Counted from the first letter of the stretch, positions 8,688-18,593 are shown. The stretch is DNA of 64,000 nt from an uncultured Candidatus Saccharibacteria bacterium (GCA_964623775.1 CAZUVH010000002.1:1089-65088); one strand, 5' to 3'. Made by a program: numbers and translations. Notes: generated by a model from the letters alone, not told the origin.

Positions 8688-9623
8688 TCATTTCTTTAAT
8701 TTTCGCAGCGCATACCCGCCATACTTTTTTGCAAGATCATGTTGTCCGAGCATGGTGCGGTATGCCCATTGGATGAGCGCTCCGTGCAGCGCGTACGCGT
8801 CTACGATATGCGATGGGATAGTGCCATACGCTTTTTCGCGCGCGTCGTGGACGCTCTTCGGGAGTGATGCATCGCCCAATACTTCCGCATCGACTGCGGT
8901 GCGTATAAGTGCAAAATGCGGATCGTTCACGCGCCAATGCTCGTTGGGAGGCATGATGTCGATAAAAGAAGCCTTACCTCCCAGCCAGAGAATATTGTCG
9001 GAATTCGTATCCTTCGCCACACGATAATCGTCGGAAGTAAATTCATTAAAGTACGGATCATTCGCGATCGTGTCAGAAAGCTTGCGTATCGCCTCACTGC
9101 GTACCTCAGCGGGTATTTCGGTGTGTAGCTCGGAGAGCCATTCGTCCAAATCCCGGAGCGATTGAATACGAAGATCTGTGTACGAGCGGTCGAAGATATG
9201 CGAAAGGGAATCGCGCTTTTCGCGAGTGAGATTCTCAAGATTTTCAATCATCGCCTCGGCTATTGCCGTCATTGTCTCTCCATCGATTGCCCCGGCAGGT
9301 AAGAGGCGAGTGAGATTTGACGAGGTGTCGATATTTTTCATCTCAATCGCCCAGTCGTGCGCGGTATCGAGATCCGTAAGAGAAAGAGTTTCGTCGAAGC
9401 CGTGTAGCTTTGTATATACTTGAGGAGCAGCGATGTTGTTCCAGGTAAAGTCTTCGATGTAAAAACGCTTACGGAATGACGGTTCAGCGTACTGATTTCG
9501 ATGCTTATAGACCTTAATCACTCGATCTCCAAAGAAAAAAAGCTTCGCAAGGACGGTCTCGATTATGCGGTCGGGCATTCCAAAAGAAGTCTGTCCTGAT
9601 TCTAGGGCCTCGATAAGCTTCAT
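8688..9623 (-). CDS. Divergent aminoglycoside-phosphotransferase/kinase-like protein
   Basis: IIET..KLFF...VIKVYK, APQVY, DTNSDNI and FIDI resemble the APH-like fold; start reset to ATG 9623. Confidence 0.55.
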   Translation of the reverse strand: MKLIEALESGQTSFGMPDRIIETVLAKLFFFGDRVIKVYKHRNQYAEPSFRKRFYIEDFTWNNIAAPQVYTKLHGFDETLSLTDLDTAHDWAIEMKNIDTSSNLTRLLPAGAIDGETMTAIAEAMIENLENLTREKRDSLSHIFDRSYTDLRIQSLRDLDEWLSELHTEIPAEVRSEAIRKLSDTIANDPYFNEFTSDDYRVAKDTNSDNILWLGGKASFIDIMPPNEHWRVNDPHFALIRTAVDAEVLGDASLPKSVHDAREKAYGTIPSHIVDAYALHGALIQWAYRTMLGQHDLAKKYGGYALRKLKK

Positions 9624-9631
9624 TTGATACA

Positions 9632-9739
9632 GTATACCCTCACACCAATAGTTCCGGTATGTCATATATCTCAAAAAACATTCGCAATTCGGATTTGACT
9701 TATTTTCGAAAAAATTCAGCTATTGGTGTCAGGGTATAC
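9632..9739. repeat. 20-bp inverted repeat enclosing 68 bp
   Basis: 9632-9651 gtataccctcacaccaatag vs 9720-9739 ctattggtgtcagggtatac, 19/20 complementary. Confidence 0.8.
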
Positions 9740-9778
9740 AAAAAAGATCGAGCGCAGACGACTAATCGTCTGCGCTCG
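9740..9778 (-). terminator. Intrinsic terminator of the HD gene
   Basis: 13-bp stem cgagcgcagacga/tcgtctgcgctcg with T-tract on the - strand. Confidence 0.8.
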
Positions 9779-9784
9779 TTCCCA

Positions 9785-10339
9785 TCAAAGACCAAGCCTC
9801 TGTTTTTCCCAATTCAGCGTGTTTTTGAGATCGGTCACACCTCGATGTGTCGGGATGTACAAAGTCCCAGCCTTGTATAGTTCCCGCCCACGCCTGTACT
9901 GGTCGGGCTGAAACTCTACGGGCAAATCTTCATTCGTCTGCAGGTTGTTGTCGTAATCGGCGCACTCTATCTTGAGCGGCTCAACTTCGCCTTGTGCAGC
10001 TAGCGCGATGACTCTTCGGACCACTTCTTCAGAGCCCTCGCGCGTGTCGCCCAGCTTCGGATCATACGAGCATTGCTCGACAAGATATCTGACCCTCGCA
10101 TTGAAGAGTCGCTGGATCATTGTGGGGCTCATCGCCGTATCTTCGATCCCATCGTGAAAAAATCCAGCCACCACGGTCTCGAGATTGCAGCGATACCTTA
10201 TCAGGGCAAGTCCGACGCCGAGGGAGTGTGTGTACGTTGGTACGGGCACGGGCCCGCGACGTACCTGGTCGCCAAATGCGTTAATGACGTGGTCGATCGC
10301 CGCTGTGACGGCATCACCGTAGCTCATCCCATGTTTCAC
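9785..10339 (-). CDS. HD-domain protein, RelA/SpoT hydrolase (Mesh1/SAH)-like
   Basis: PTYTHSLGV, AGFFHDGIEDT and IECADYDNN motifs; GGAGG SD before GTG at 10339 (start uncertain). Confidence 0.75.
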   Translation of the reverse strand: MKHGMSYGDAVTAAIDHVINAFGDQVRRGPVPVPTYTHSLGVGLALIRYRCNLETVVAGFFHDGIEDTAMSPTMIQRLFNARVRYLVEQCSYDPKLGDTREGSEEVVRRVIALAAQGEVEPLKIECADYDNNLQTNEDLPVEFQPDQYRRGRELYKAGTLYIPTHRGVTDLKNTLNWEKQRLGL

Positions 10340-10457
10340 CGCAGCCTCCAATTTTATGAATTTTATGCTGAAAATACTTTACTATAAAATACGGTTTTGT
10401 AAAGGTATAAAAAAACCGCGATGCGTTGCTCTGTTGAGCATTGCATCGCGGCCTGAA

Positions 10458-11081
10458 TCAGCAACCGGAGACCTCGTCTTCCTCGAGATCGTCCTCGTCT
10501 TCGAAGATATCGTCCTTGAGGGGGGTGGTCTTCAGATTGGTTCGCTGCGTGACGACATCCTTTTGGACGCCGACGTCGTACATCGACACAATCATCTCAT
10601 TTCCGCCTTCGAGGCGAGATGCAGCAGCTTCGAGGAGTCGCACGAGCGTCTCGCGACCGCTCGGAAGGTGACCGATGGTAACGATGCCTCGGTAAGCAAA
10701 CACATCATTTTCGTCTCCGCCGCGCTCCCTGATATCAAGATAGCGTACCTGGGCATCAAGGAGATTGAGAGCCGCATTGATCCGCGTGGAGTCCTTGCTT
10801 CCGGGCGAGTGCAGCATCATCACCACGACGTTACTCGTACCAAATGTGAATCGCTTCAACTTCACCTTGATCCCGAAATGCCGCACCGCTGCGCGATAGA
10901 TGTGCCCGATCGGGTCACAAATGACCGCTTCCTGGCTAAATACAGAGACGGGGTTGCCGGCGCGGTCCGTCGACAGGTTGTTGGTCGAATAATCTGCCGG
11001 ATTCTTGAGAGATTCGGCGGCCAAGAGGGCGATTGCCCTCAAATCCGAAGCGGGGATGTCTCTTGCGACGTACTGGTTCAT
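10458..11081 (-). CDS. Hypothetical protein with acidic tail (orphan cassette)
   Basis: AAAGGGAG SD; TTGACA upstream; terminator at 10409-10451. Confidence 0.7.
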   Translation of the reverse strand: MNQYVARDIPASDLRAIALLAAESLKNPADYSTNNLSTDRAGNPVSVFSQEAVICDPIGHIYRAAVRHFGIKVKLKRFTFGTSNVVVMMLHSPGSKDSTRINAALNLLDAQVRYLDIRERGGDENDVFAYRGIVTIGHLPSGRETLVRLLEAAASRLEGGNEMIVSMYDVGVQKDVVTQRTNLKTTPLKDDIFEDEDDLEEDEVSGC

Positions 11082-11199
11082 GGGCGGCTCCCTTTCTGAC
11101 TTTGTTTGATGAATTTCGTCTGGTCGGATGTAATCACTTTAGGGGACAGCTGTCAAGCAAAAATGTATAATAATGGCTTAGTTGAGCCATTTTTACCTA

Positions 11200-11228
11200 T
11201 TGACAGTATACCTGCTCTGTGATAATAT
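11200..11228 (+). promoter_or_regulatory. Sigma70 promoter
   Basis: TTGACA-17-TAATAT with TG upstream of the -10. Confidence 0.65.
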
Positions 11229-11259
11229 ATATAAAGCAAGGAATTCAGACTTGCGTCAA

Positions 11260-11862
11260 ATGACATCAATCTTCAGTACGGCCCTCATGGGGCTTCTTCT
11301 TTTGCCAAGCGCCAGCACGACTATCCCGACAGCCCAGCCGTGGACAAAAGCAGCCCCCGTAGAGCCCACATATGTGACACACACCGTTTCCATGACGGGT
11401 TATAACGCTATTGCCGGCCAGACCGACGACACGCCTTTTATTACGTCGATTGGTCTCCGTGTAAACCCTGAAATCGGTGCCGCTGCATCGCGCGATCTCA
11501 TTAAAGGGGAGTTGCCGTACGGGACCGTGATCGAGCTCGTACCCGGTGCCGCAGAGATGGCAAGCGGCGGATGCGAATTACCTGCGGTGGAGGAGTATAT
11601 CCAGTACCGCGTCATTACCGACACAATGCACCAGCGTCATACCGAGCACGTGGACGTACTTTTTAGTCCGGAAGACAAGGTCAAAATCGGACGCAATACA
11701 CTGAGCGCTGCACGCGCGATCGGCTGGTGCAACGATGTGCAGATCCGCGTCGTGGGCCGTGTCGATATCAAAGAGGTGCCGGAAACTCAAAAGGAACTCA
11801 GGCAGATGGTTGCCCAGCAATTGGGGAAGAACATCAAGCAAGATATCGCCCTCGCCAAGTAA
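11260..11862 (+). CDS. 3D-domain (putative lytic transglycosylase-related) secreted protein
   Basis: TGYNA...QTDDTPFITSIG, AASRDL..LPYGT and DTM..R....VDV motifs. Confidence 0.7.
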   Translation: MTSIFSTALMGLLLLPSASTTIPTAQPWTKAAPVEPTYVTHTVSMTGYNAIAGQTDDTPFITSIGLRVNPEIGAAASRDLIKGELPYGTVIELVPGAAEMASGGCELPAVEEYIQYRVITDTMHQRHTEHVDVLFSPEDKVKIGRNTLSAARAIGWCNDVQIRVVGRVDIKEVPETQKELRQMVAQQLGKNIKQDIALAK

Positions 11863-11891
11863 ACTCGTGGCGCACGGGGTATACTCATTCA

Positions 11892-12758
11892 ATGCGACCA
11901 TGTCACACCGTCGAAATACACACGCCCGAAGGCGTCGCGCTCAATGGATTGTGGTTCGGGCCAAAGCGGCCGAAGCGTGCCATTTTGTGGGTACATGGCT
12001 TAGGCAGCTCTACGTTTAGCAAGCTTTCAATCGTCGATCATCTTATCGACGCCAGTACCGCAGTCCTTACTTTCAATAATCGCGGATCGGCCAAAGTTTC
12101 GAGCTCCTCACTCTCTCGCAAGAAGCGCAATCGTGCAGGCGCGGCGCACGAAGTATTCACCGAATGCGTTGATGATATCGAGGGAGCGATTCGTTTCGCT
12201 AGAAAACAGGGCGCACAGGAAATCTATCTGGCAGGACACTCTACTGGCTGTCAGAAATCTGCATATTGGGCCGCGAAAAAAGGTCGTGGCGTGAAAGGGA
12301 TCATCCTGCTTGCGCCCGTGAGCGATTACGCTGCAGCAGTGCATCTCGATGGCAAAGCGAAAATCGCACGCGCGTTGTCTGAGGCGAGAAAACTAATCAA
12401 GGCAGGGAGGCCACATGAATTACTCACTGAAAAATATTGGCAGTGGTCGCAGCTCGCGGACGCGCAGCGATTCGTCAGCTTGTATTCGGGAGAGAGCGAA
12501 GAAGAGATTTTTACCTACTGGGATCCGAAAAGAAATCCAAAGACGCTTCGAGCGATCAAGCAGCCACTCCTCGTGATACTCGCAGAAAAGGATGAGTACG
12601 CTGATCGGCCTGCGGAAAAAATGCAGGACTGGTTTGCCGAGCATATGAAAGTGGGGGATGAAATCGAAATTATAAAAAAATCACCCCACGGTTTTCAGGG
12701 AGTCGAAAAGAAGGTGGCAAATGGAATAAAAAAATGGATTCTTGGAGGATCCAGTTAA
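11892..12758 (+). CDS. Alpha/beta hydrolase (DUF1749-like)
   Basis: WVHGLGS, FNNRG and LAGHSTGCQ nucleophile elbow; start at ATG 11892. Confidence 0.85.
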   Translation: MRPCHTVEIHTPEGVALNGLWFGPKRPKRAILWVHGLGSSTFSKLSIVDHLIDASTAVLTFNNRGSAKVSSSSLSRKKRNRAGAAHEVFTECVDDIEGAIRFARKQGAQEIYLAGHSTGCQKSAYWAAKKGRGVKGIILLAPVSDYAAAVHLDGKAKIARALSEARKLIKAGRPHELLTEKYWQWSQLADAQRFVSLYSGESEEEIFTYWDPKRNPKTLRAIKQPLLVILAEKDEYADRPAEKMQDWFAEHMKVGDEIEIIKKSPHGFQGVEKKVANGIKKWILGGSS

Positions 12759-12783
12759 AAAAGCGGGTCCGAAGACCCGCTTT
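12757..12783. terminator. Bidirectional terminator
   Basis: aaaaaagcgggtc cgaa gacccgcttt. Confidence 0.8.
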
Positions 12784-12799
12784 GCATGTGCTGAGTACG

Positions 12800-13303
12800 T
12801 TAATGTGGAATAAAATGGGATTTTTCGAATCCGTTCAGCGCTTCGTTACGATGAGCGATTGTCAGAATCTTTTTGTTGAAAGCTTCCTCAAAATATCGCT
12901 TGCCTCTGAAGACGGTGTAATTGTTGGGCAAATGGGCCGTGTGTTCTACCACGTGGCCGATAGCGTTGACGCTCAGATTGATCGTCCGAACGATCTGAGT
13001 GGCCCAGCACCTACCGTTTTCCGATGGAGGTATTTTTTTCAAGCTCCAAGTGAGAAGAGTGCCTTCACTTGTTGTGCGTAGGCATTCCGCCCATAACGAA
13101 AGCTTACTTGCCGGCTTTGCCTCCATACCGAGGAAGGTTTCGATAGGTCCAAGATCCTGGGTAATCGATATTTTGTCGAACTGCAGGTTCCACTCGTCTT
13201 TCACCTGATAAAGCCATGGCATCTCGCCTAGCTTTCGAAGATTTTCCTCCACAAGACGGTCGATCCCGATCCTAATTCTGGCAGCCTTATTCCAAAGACT
13301 CAT
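12800..13303 (-). CDS. Hypothetical protein (orphan cassette)
   Basis: CAGGAG SD before ATG 13303; alternative GTG start at 13357. Confidence 0.65.
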   Translation of the reverse strand: MSLWNKAARIRIGIDRLVEENLRKLGEMPWLYQVKDEWNLQFDKISITQDLGPIETFLGMEAKPASKLSLWAECLRTTSEGTLLTWSLKKIPPSENGRCWATQIVRTINLSVNAIGHVVEHTAHLPNNYTVFRGKRYFEEAFNKKILTIAHRNEALNGFEKSHFIPH

Positions 13304-13447
13304 CGTAATCTCCTGCGCATGCCGCGCTTTGAACCCATCCGGGTCTGGCTGGTGCACTATTACACCTCTGCCTTTTTACTCTAACTGAATGCAAAGTCAA
13401 TCGCGGCCTTCATCGGGAGCTAAAATATGGTACGATAGCCGCACTTT

Positions 13448-14269
13448 ATGACCGAAGCCGGACCTGTAATCGATGAACATGCTGCCGAGGCACTTGCTAC
13501 GACCGCAGAATCTGCGGCGCATTCTGATGGCGGCATACACGTATCGATCGCCGCTGAAAAACTTGGTGAATTCATAGGTATTCCGATCACCAATGCACTC
13601 GTCACGAGCTGGATCGTCATCGGACTCCTTGTGGTATTTGCATTCCTCCTGCGCAGCAGACTCTCGCTCATACCGGGGAAATTGCAGGTACTTATCGAAG
13701 ACGCTTTTTCATTTGTATACGACTATGTCGCCGAGACGCTTGAGAGCGCGGACATGGCGCGCCGTTTTTTCCCGCTGCTCATGACCATCTTCCTTTTTAT
13801 ATTTGTGGGCAACATGCTCCACTTCATTCCGGGTGTCGGGTCGCTCACGTACGACGGTCATCCATTTTTGCGTGCCCCCAATACCGATCTCACCGTACCA
13901 CTCGTGCTCGCGATCATCTCTTTTTTCGTCATCGAATTCACCGGCATCTTCGCAATCGGCGTGTGGAAGTACGGACAGAAGTTTCTCGTCAATCCCTTCC
14001 GTGATCCGATCGGCGCCATGGTTGGATTCATCGAGATCATCGGCGAACTCGTACGCGTCGTTTCGCTCTCGTTCCGACTCTTCGGCAACATTCTCGCCGG
14101 CGAAATCATTATCGCCGTAGCGATCTTTTTCGCGCCGTATTTGGGCCCGGTACCGCTCATGATGTTTGAGGTATTCATCGGATTCCTCCAGGCTGCTATC
14201 TTCGCGCTCCTCACGCTCTTTTTCATCAAACTCGCTATCGCAGAGCCCCACGGCGCCGAAGCGCATTAA
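13448..14269 (+). CDS. atpB: ATP synthase Fo subunit a
   Basis: PGKLQ, SLSFRLFGNILAGE and FLQAAIFALLT motifs. Confidence 0.97.
   Translation: MTEAGPVIDEHAAEALATTAESAAHSDGGIHVSIAAEKLGEFIGIPITNALVTSWIVIGLLVVFAFLLRSRLSLIPGKLQVLIEDAFSFVYDYVAETLESADMARRFFPLLMTIFLFIFVGNMLHFIPGVGSLTYDGHPFLRAPNTDLTVPLVLAIISFFVIEFTGIFAIGVWKYGQKFLVNPFRDPIGAMVGFIEIIGELVRVVSLSFRLFGNILAGEIIIAVAIFFAPYLGPVPLMMFEVFIGFLQAAIFALLTLFFIKLAIAEPHGAEAH
14153..14269 (+). repeat. Direct repeat copy 1: last 117 bp of atpB
   Basis: Matches 14885-15001 at 112/117 nt. Confidence 0.95.
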
Positions 14270-14279
14270 GTACATAAAG

Positions 14280-14311
14280 AAAAAGACTCCGCGATTCATC
14301 GCAGAGCCTTT
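14280..14311 (-). terminator. Terminator of cassette 14318-14797
   Basis: - strand aaaggctctgcgat/atcgcggagtcttttt; G-U pairs favour the - strand. Confidence 0.7.
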
Positions 14312-14317
14312 GAGGTA

Positions 14318-14797
14318 TCAATTATGCATTCCGGCTTTTTTTGAGGGGAACAGGCGTACGAACGTACCCCAAATAACAAAGAGCAATAAGGTTCCGAATA
14401 TGATCGTCGTGATAGTAAATCCGATACCCGTCATATCTCCCGCAAAAAACCTCATCCAGATGTTGATGACAGCAGCTCCCAGCCACGATATCGCAAAAGG
14501 TGCTGCCCAGGGTGCAATTTTCTCACGATCTTCTGTAAGTTGTGCTGAGGCTACACCTACGCCGGTCATATTGAAGTAAATGCCGAGACAAAAAGCAACG
14601 GCAATAATTCCCACGAGTCCCCAAAAGAGTGTGACAATGATCTGAATTGCAGCCGTTATGCCCATTGAAAGCGGCATAAAATGCGGATTCAAATTATAAT
14701 CGACCGGAGGAATCAATGGGTAGAAGCCGGTGATTATCCAGATGAGAAGAAGACACATGGCCAGACTCTTCAGAAAATTCGTTGCGAACATCGTCAT
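14318..14797 (-). CDS. Multi-TM membrane hypothetical protein (orphan cassette between the atpB repeats)
   Basis: About 4-5 hydrophobic helices; GGAG upstream; TTGCAA-17-TATACC. Confidence 0.75.
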   Translation of the reverse strand: MTMFATNFLKSLAMCLLLIWIITGFYPLIPPVDYNLNPHFMPLSMGITAAIQIIVTLFWGLVGIIAVAFCLGIYFNMTGVGVASAQLTEDREKIAPWAAPFAISWLGAAVINIWMRFFAGDMTGIGFTITTIIFGTLLLFVIWGTFVRLFPSKKAGMHN

Positions 14798-14884
14798 TCT
14801 CCAATCGGTGAAGGGTTATTTCCTATAAAAGGTATACGTGGCACGTGTTCGTTTTGCAAGGCACATGGATGTGCATTAAAAAAG

Positions 14885-15001
14885 CCGCTCATGATGTTTG
14901 AGGTATTCATCGGATTCCTCCAGGCTGCCATCTTCGCGCTCCTCACGCTTTTCTTCATCAAGCTCGCTATCGCAGAGCCCCACGGCGCCGAAGCGCACTA
15001 A
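14885..15001 (+). repeat. Direct repeat copy 2: displaced atpB 3' end (38 codons plus stop)
   Basis: Encodes the same peptide PLMMFEVF...GAEAH*; five synonymous differences from copy 1. Confidence 0.95.
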
Positions 15002-15013
15002 TACAAAGGCCGC

Positions 15014-15704
<691 letters not shown>

Positions 15705-15727
15705 TCAGGTGACTCATCGTTTTTCTT

Positions 15728-16174
15728 ATGAGCGAATTGTTCGCAGCGTTTGGTCTGAATTGGAAGCTCCTCTTAATCCAGGGGCTCAATTTCGGTGCAC
15801 TGCTCGCAATACTTTCGTACCTCCTCTACAAACCTGTCTTTCGTATGCTCGACGAACGCCAGAAGAAAATAGCCGAGGGAGTGAAGACGGCCGAAGCTGC
15901 GGCAGGTAAGCTCGAGAGCGCAAAACACGAGAGCGAAGCGATCGTGGGCAAGGCCGCTCGTGAAGCCGAGGAGCTCGTCTCAAACGCACGCTCGCATGCT
16001 CAAGATCGTGGCGACGAAATCGTACGCGCGGCTGAAGAGCGCGCAGCATCGACGCTCAAGGACGCTCAGATGAAAGCCGACGAAGCCAAACGCCAGGCGC
16101 TTCTCGAGAGTCAGAAAGATATCGCGCGCGCCGCAATGCTCGCCGCTGAGAAAATTCTTCGCGAAAAAGCATAA
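15728..16174 (+). CDS. atpF: ATP synthase Fo subunit b
   Basis: LNW..LLIQ.LNF, LYKPV..MLDERQKKI and coiled coil. Confidence 0.95.
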   Translation: MSELFAAFGLNWKLLLIQGLNFGALLAILSYLLYKPVFRMLDERQKKIAEGVKTAEAAAGKLESAKHESEAIVGKAAREAEELVSNARSHAQDRGDEIVRAAEERAASTLKDAQMKADEAKRQALLESQKDIARAAMLAAEKILREKA

Positions 16175-16176
16175 GT

Positions 16177-16572
16177 ATGGAAACCGCCTACGCACAAGCA
16201 CTTTGGAAGATGATCGACGGTGGCATGGATCATGCCAAGGCCGTAAAATCCCTCCATCAAATTCTTGTCGCGAAGGGCCGCTCGGTTTTGATGCCTCGAA
16301 TCGCTCGGGCATTCGAGCGCATTGCTGCGCGGGAGATCGCGCGAAGCGGCATGACTCTCACCGTCGCCCATGCAAAAGACGAGCAGCATGCAAAGACCGC
16401 CGCAAAAAAGGCGCTCAGCGCATTGCATGCAGATATGCCGAAGCATTTGCATCTGAAGGTAGACGACAGTTTGATTGGCGGATGGAGGCTTGAAGGCGCC
16501 GGCCATCTCATAGACGCGAGTTATAAGAAACAACTGCTCTCGATTTACGGCGCAGCCACGAAAGCAGAATAA
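16177..16572 (+). CDS. atpH: ATP synthase F1 delta, short form
   Basis: VDDSLIGG...IDASYKKQL motif; operon position. Confidence 0.85.
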   Translation: METAYAQALWKMIDGGMDHAKAVKSLHQILVAKGRSVLMPRIARAFERIAAREIARSGMTLTVAHAKDEQHAKTAAKKALSALHADMPKHLHLKVDDSLIGGWRLEGAGHLIDASYKKQLLSIYGAATKAE

Positions 16573-16588
16573 TAATTAATTTTTTATC

Positions 16589-18187
16589 ATGGACTCATCA
16601 ACCGTAGCGAAGATCGTCAAAGAGATCGAACAGTTCAAGCCCGCGCACGAAAGTGCGCACGTCGGACGCGTGACGAGCGTCGGCGACGGCGTCGTCGCGA
16701 TCGACGGCCTCTCCAAGGCGGTGATGAGCGAAATCATTGTTTTTGAGGAATCTGTCGGTAAATCTCTCAAGGAAGCGATGTCCGCCCGAGGCGGATCCGC
16801 CGGGGGCGGACATGTCGAGGGAGAGCTCTTCGGACTCATTTTGAATCTCGAGGAAGACGGCGTCCGTGCGGCGGTGCTTGGCGACACGGCACGCGTAGCG
16901 GAAGGCATGACCGTAAAATCATCGGGCAGAATTCTTTCCGTCCCCTCTGGCGACGAGCTTCTCGGCCGCGTGGTCAACGCACTCGGCGAGCCAATCGACG
17001 GCAAAGGACCTTTCAAGAATGTCACCATGATGCCTGTCGAACGCGAAGCGTTTGGCGTCATCGATCGCAAATCAGTATCAGTGCCGATGGCCACAGGCAT
17101 CAAGGCAATCGACGCGATGGTCCCGATTGGTCGCGGCCAGCGCGAGCTCATCATCGGCGACCGTGGCACCGGCAAGACGACTATTGCAATCGACACCATC
17201 ATCAACCAGCGCAACGAACCCGCTGAGAAGCGCCCGATCTGTATCTATGTAGCGATCGGTCAGAAGGAATCGAAGACCGCGCGCATCATGCAGCAGCTTC
17301 GCGAAGAGCACGCACTCGACTACACGATTATCGTCGACGCGCCCGCATCAGCTCCCGCCGCGCTCCAATTCCTAGCTCCATTTTCTGGCGTCGCGATCGG
17401 TGAATATTTCATGGAGAAGGGCAGGGATGTACTCATCATCTACGACGACCTCTCCAAGCAGGCAGTCGCGTACCGCGAGCTCTCGCTCCTCCTTCGTCGT
17501 CCGCCGGGCCGCGAAGCGTATCCGGGCGACATCTTCTACCTCCACTCGCGCCTCCTCGAGCGCGCGGCGTGTCTCTCGAAAGAGAAGGGCGGCGGCTCGA
17601 TCACAGCGCTTCCGATCATCGAGACGCAAGATGGCGACGTGTCCGGCTATATTCCGACCAACGTAATCTCGATCACCGACGGTCAGATCTTCTTGATTCC
17701 CGAGCTCTTCAACAAAGGCATTCGCCCTGCGATTGATGTCGGTATCTCCGTCTCGCGTGTCGGCTCATCGGCGCAGACCAAGGCCACCAAGGCGGTCGCG
17801 GGCGGTCTCAAGCTCACGCTGGCGCAATTCCGCGATCTTGAAGCATTTATGCAGTTTGCCCAGGATCTCGACAAGGCGACGGCCGAGCAGATTGGTGTCG
17901 GTCAGCGCATGGTGGAACTCCTCAAGCAGAAAAATGGCGCACCGATCCCGATGGAAATGCAGGTGGCGATACTTTTTGCTGCAGGTCAGAAGCTCTTTGC
18001 CACCGTGCCCGTATCGCGCATCTCCGAAGCCGAGGCGAAGCTCACTGCGTTTCTCGACGGACAAGCTACAGAGACGCTCGCGGAGATCAAAAAGACCGCC
18101 GTGCTTTCCGATGAATTGAAAGCGAAACTCAACAAAGCATTCGAAGAATTCAAGCTCGCACACCCCGACCTCTTCGAGACGAAGTAA
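16589..18187 (+). CDS. atpA: ATP synthase F1 alpha
   Basis: GDRGTGKT Walker A, RRPPGREAYPGD and PTNVISITDGQ. Confidence 0.98.
   Translation: MDSSTVAKIVKEIEQFKPAHESAHVGRVTSVGDGVVAIDGLSKAVMSEIIVFEESVGKSLKEAMSARGGSAGGGHVEGELFGLILNLEEDGVRAAVLGDTARVAEGMTVKSSGRILSVPSGDELLGRVVNALGEPIDGKGPFKNVTMMPVEREAFGVIDRKSVSVPMATGIKAIDAMVPIGRGQRELIIGDRGTGKTTIAIDTIINQRNEPAEKRPICIYVAIGQKESKTARIMQQLREEHALDYTIIVDAPASAPAALQFLAPFSGVAIGEYFMEKGRDVLIIYDDLSKQAVAYRELSLLLRRPPGREAYPGDIFYLHSRLLERAACLSKEKGGGSITALPIIETQDGDVSGYIPTNVISITDGQIFLIPELFNKGIRPAIDVGISVSRVGSSAQTKATKAVAGGLKLTLAQFRDLEAFMQFAQDLDKATAEQIGVGQRMVELLKQKNGAPIPMEMQVAILFAAGQKLFATVPVSRISEAEAKLTAFLDGQATETLAEIKKTAVLSDELKAKLNKAFEEFKLAHPDLFETK
16778..16813. repeat. In-frame palindromic insertion in atpA (two TCCGCC-NNN-GGCGGA units)
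   Basis: atg tccgcccgaggcgga tccgccgggggcgga cat; core encodes SARGGSAGGG. Confidence 0.85.
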
Positions 18188-18192
18188 AAACT

Positions 18193-18591
18193 ATGTTCGA
18201 GAGATTCCCCAAAAAACCCAAAGATGATGATGAGCATGACCCTGCGGAGGAATTGACCAACGAAGACCTTGAAAAAATTGCAGAGGAGGCCGCAAAGATG
18301 ACTCCTGACGAAAGGATGTATTTCACACGCGAAGAGATCGCTCAATCGCAAAATAAGATGCATTTTCAGCAGGAAAGAGTCGCACATCTGAACGCGCAGA
18401 TCGAAAACCTGAAGGAGCGCCTGCGATCACTAAGTGGGGCGGAAAAAGAATTTATTCAAAAACAACTCGATGAGAAAATCGCCCACCGCGACGAATACAG
18501 CGAAGCTATGGCGGAGCTTGAGGAAGATGTGGCTGAAGGTAAAGATGTTCTCGATAATCTCGAACAAAGCAACAAGAAGCATTTCAACTAA
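18193..18591 (+). CDS. Acidic coiled-coil hypothetical protein inside the atp operon
   Basis: 132 aa E/K-rich ORF filling the atpA-atpG gap with 5-nt and 2-nt spacers. Confidence 0.75.
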   Translation: MFERFPKKPKDDDEHDPAEELTNEDLEKIAEEAAKMTPDERMYFTREEIAQSQNKMHFQQERVAHLNAQIENLKERLRSLSGAEKEFIQKQLDEKIAHRDEYSEAMAELEEDVAEGKDVLDNLEQSNKKHFN

Positions 18592-18593
18592 CT

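Noticed and set aside
14681-15001. 106-aa ORF ending in the AtpB C-terminus
   Set aside because: Chance read-through into the duplicated atpB end; it overlaps the real - strand gene and has no initiation signals.
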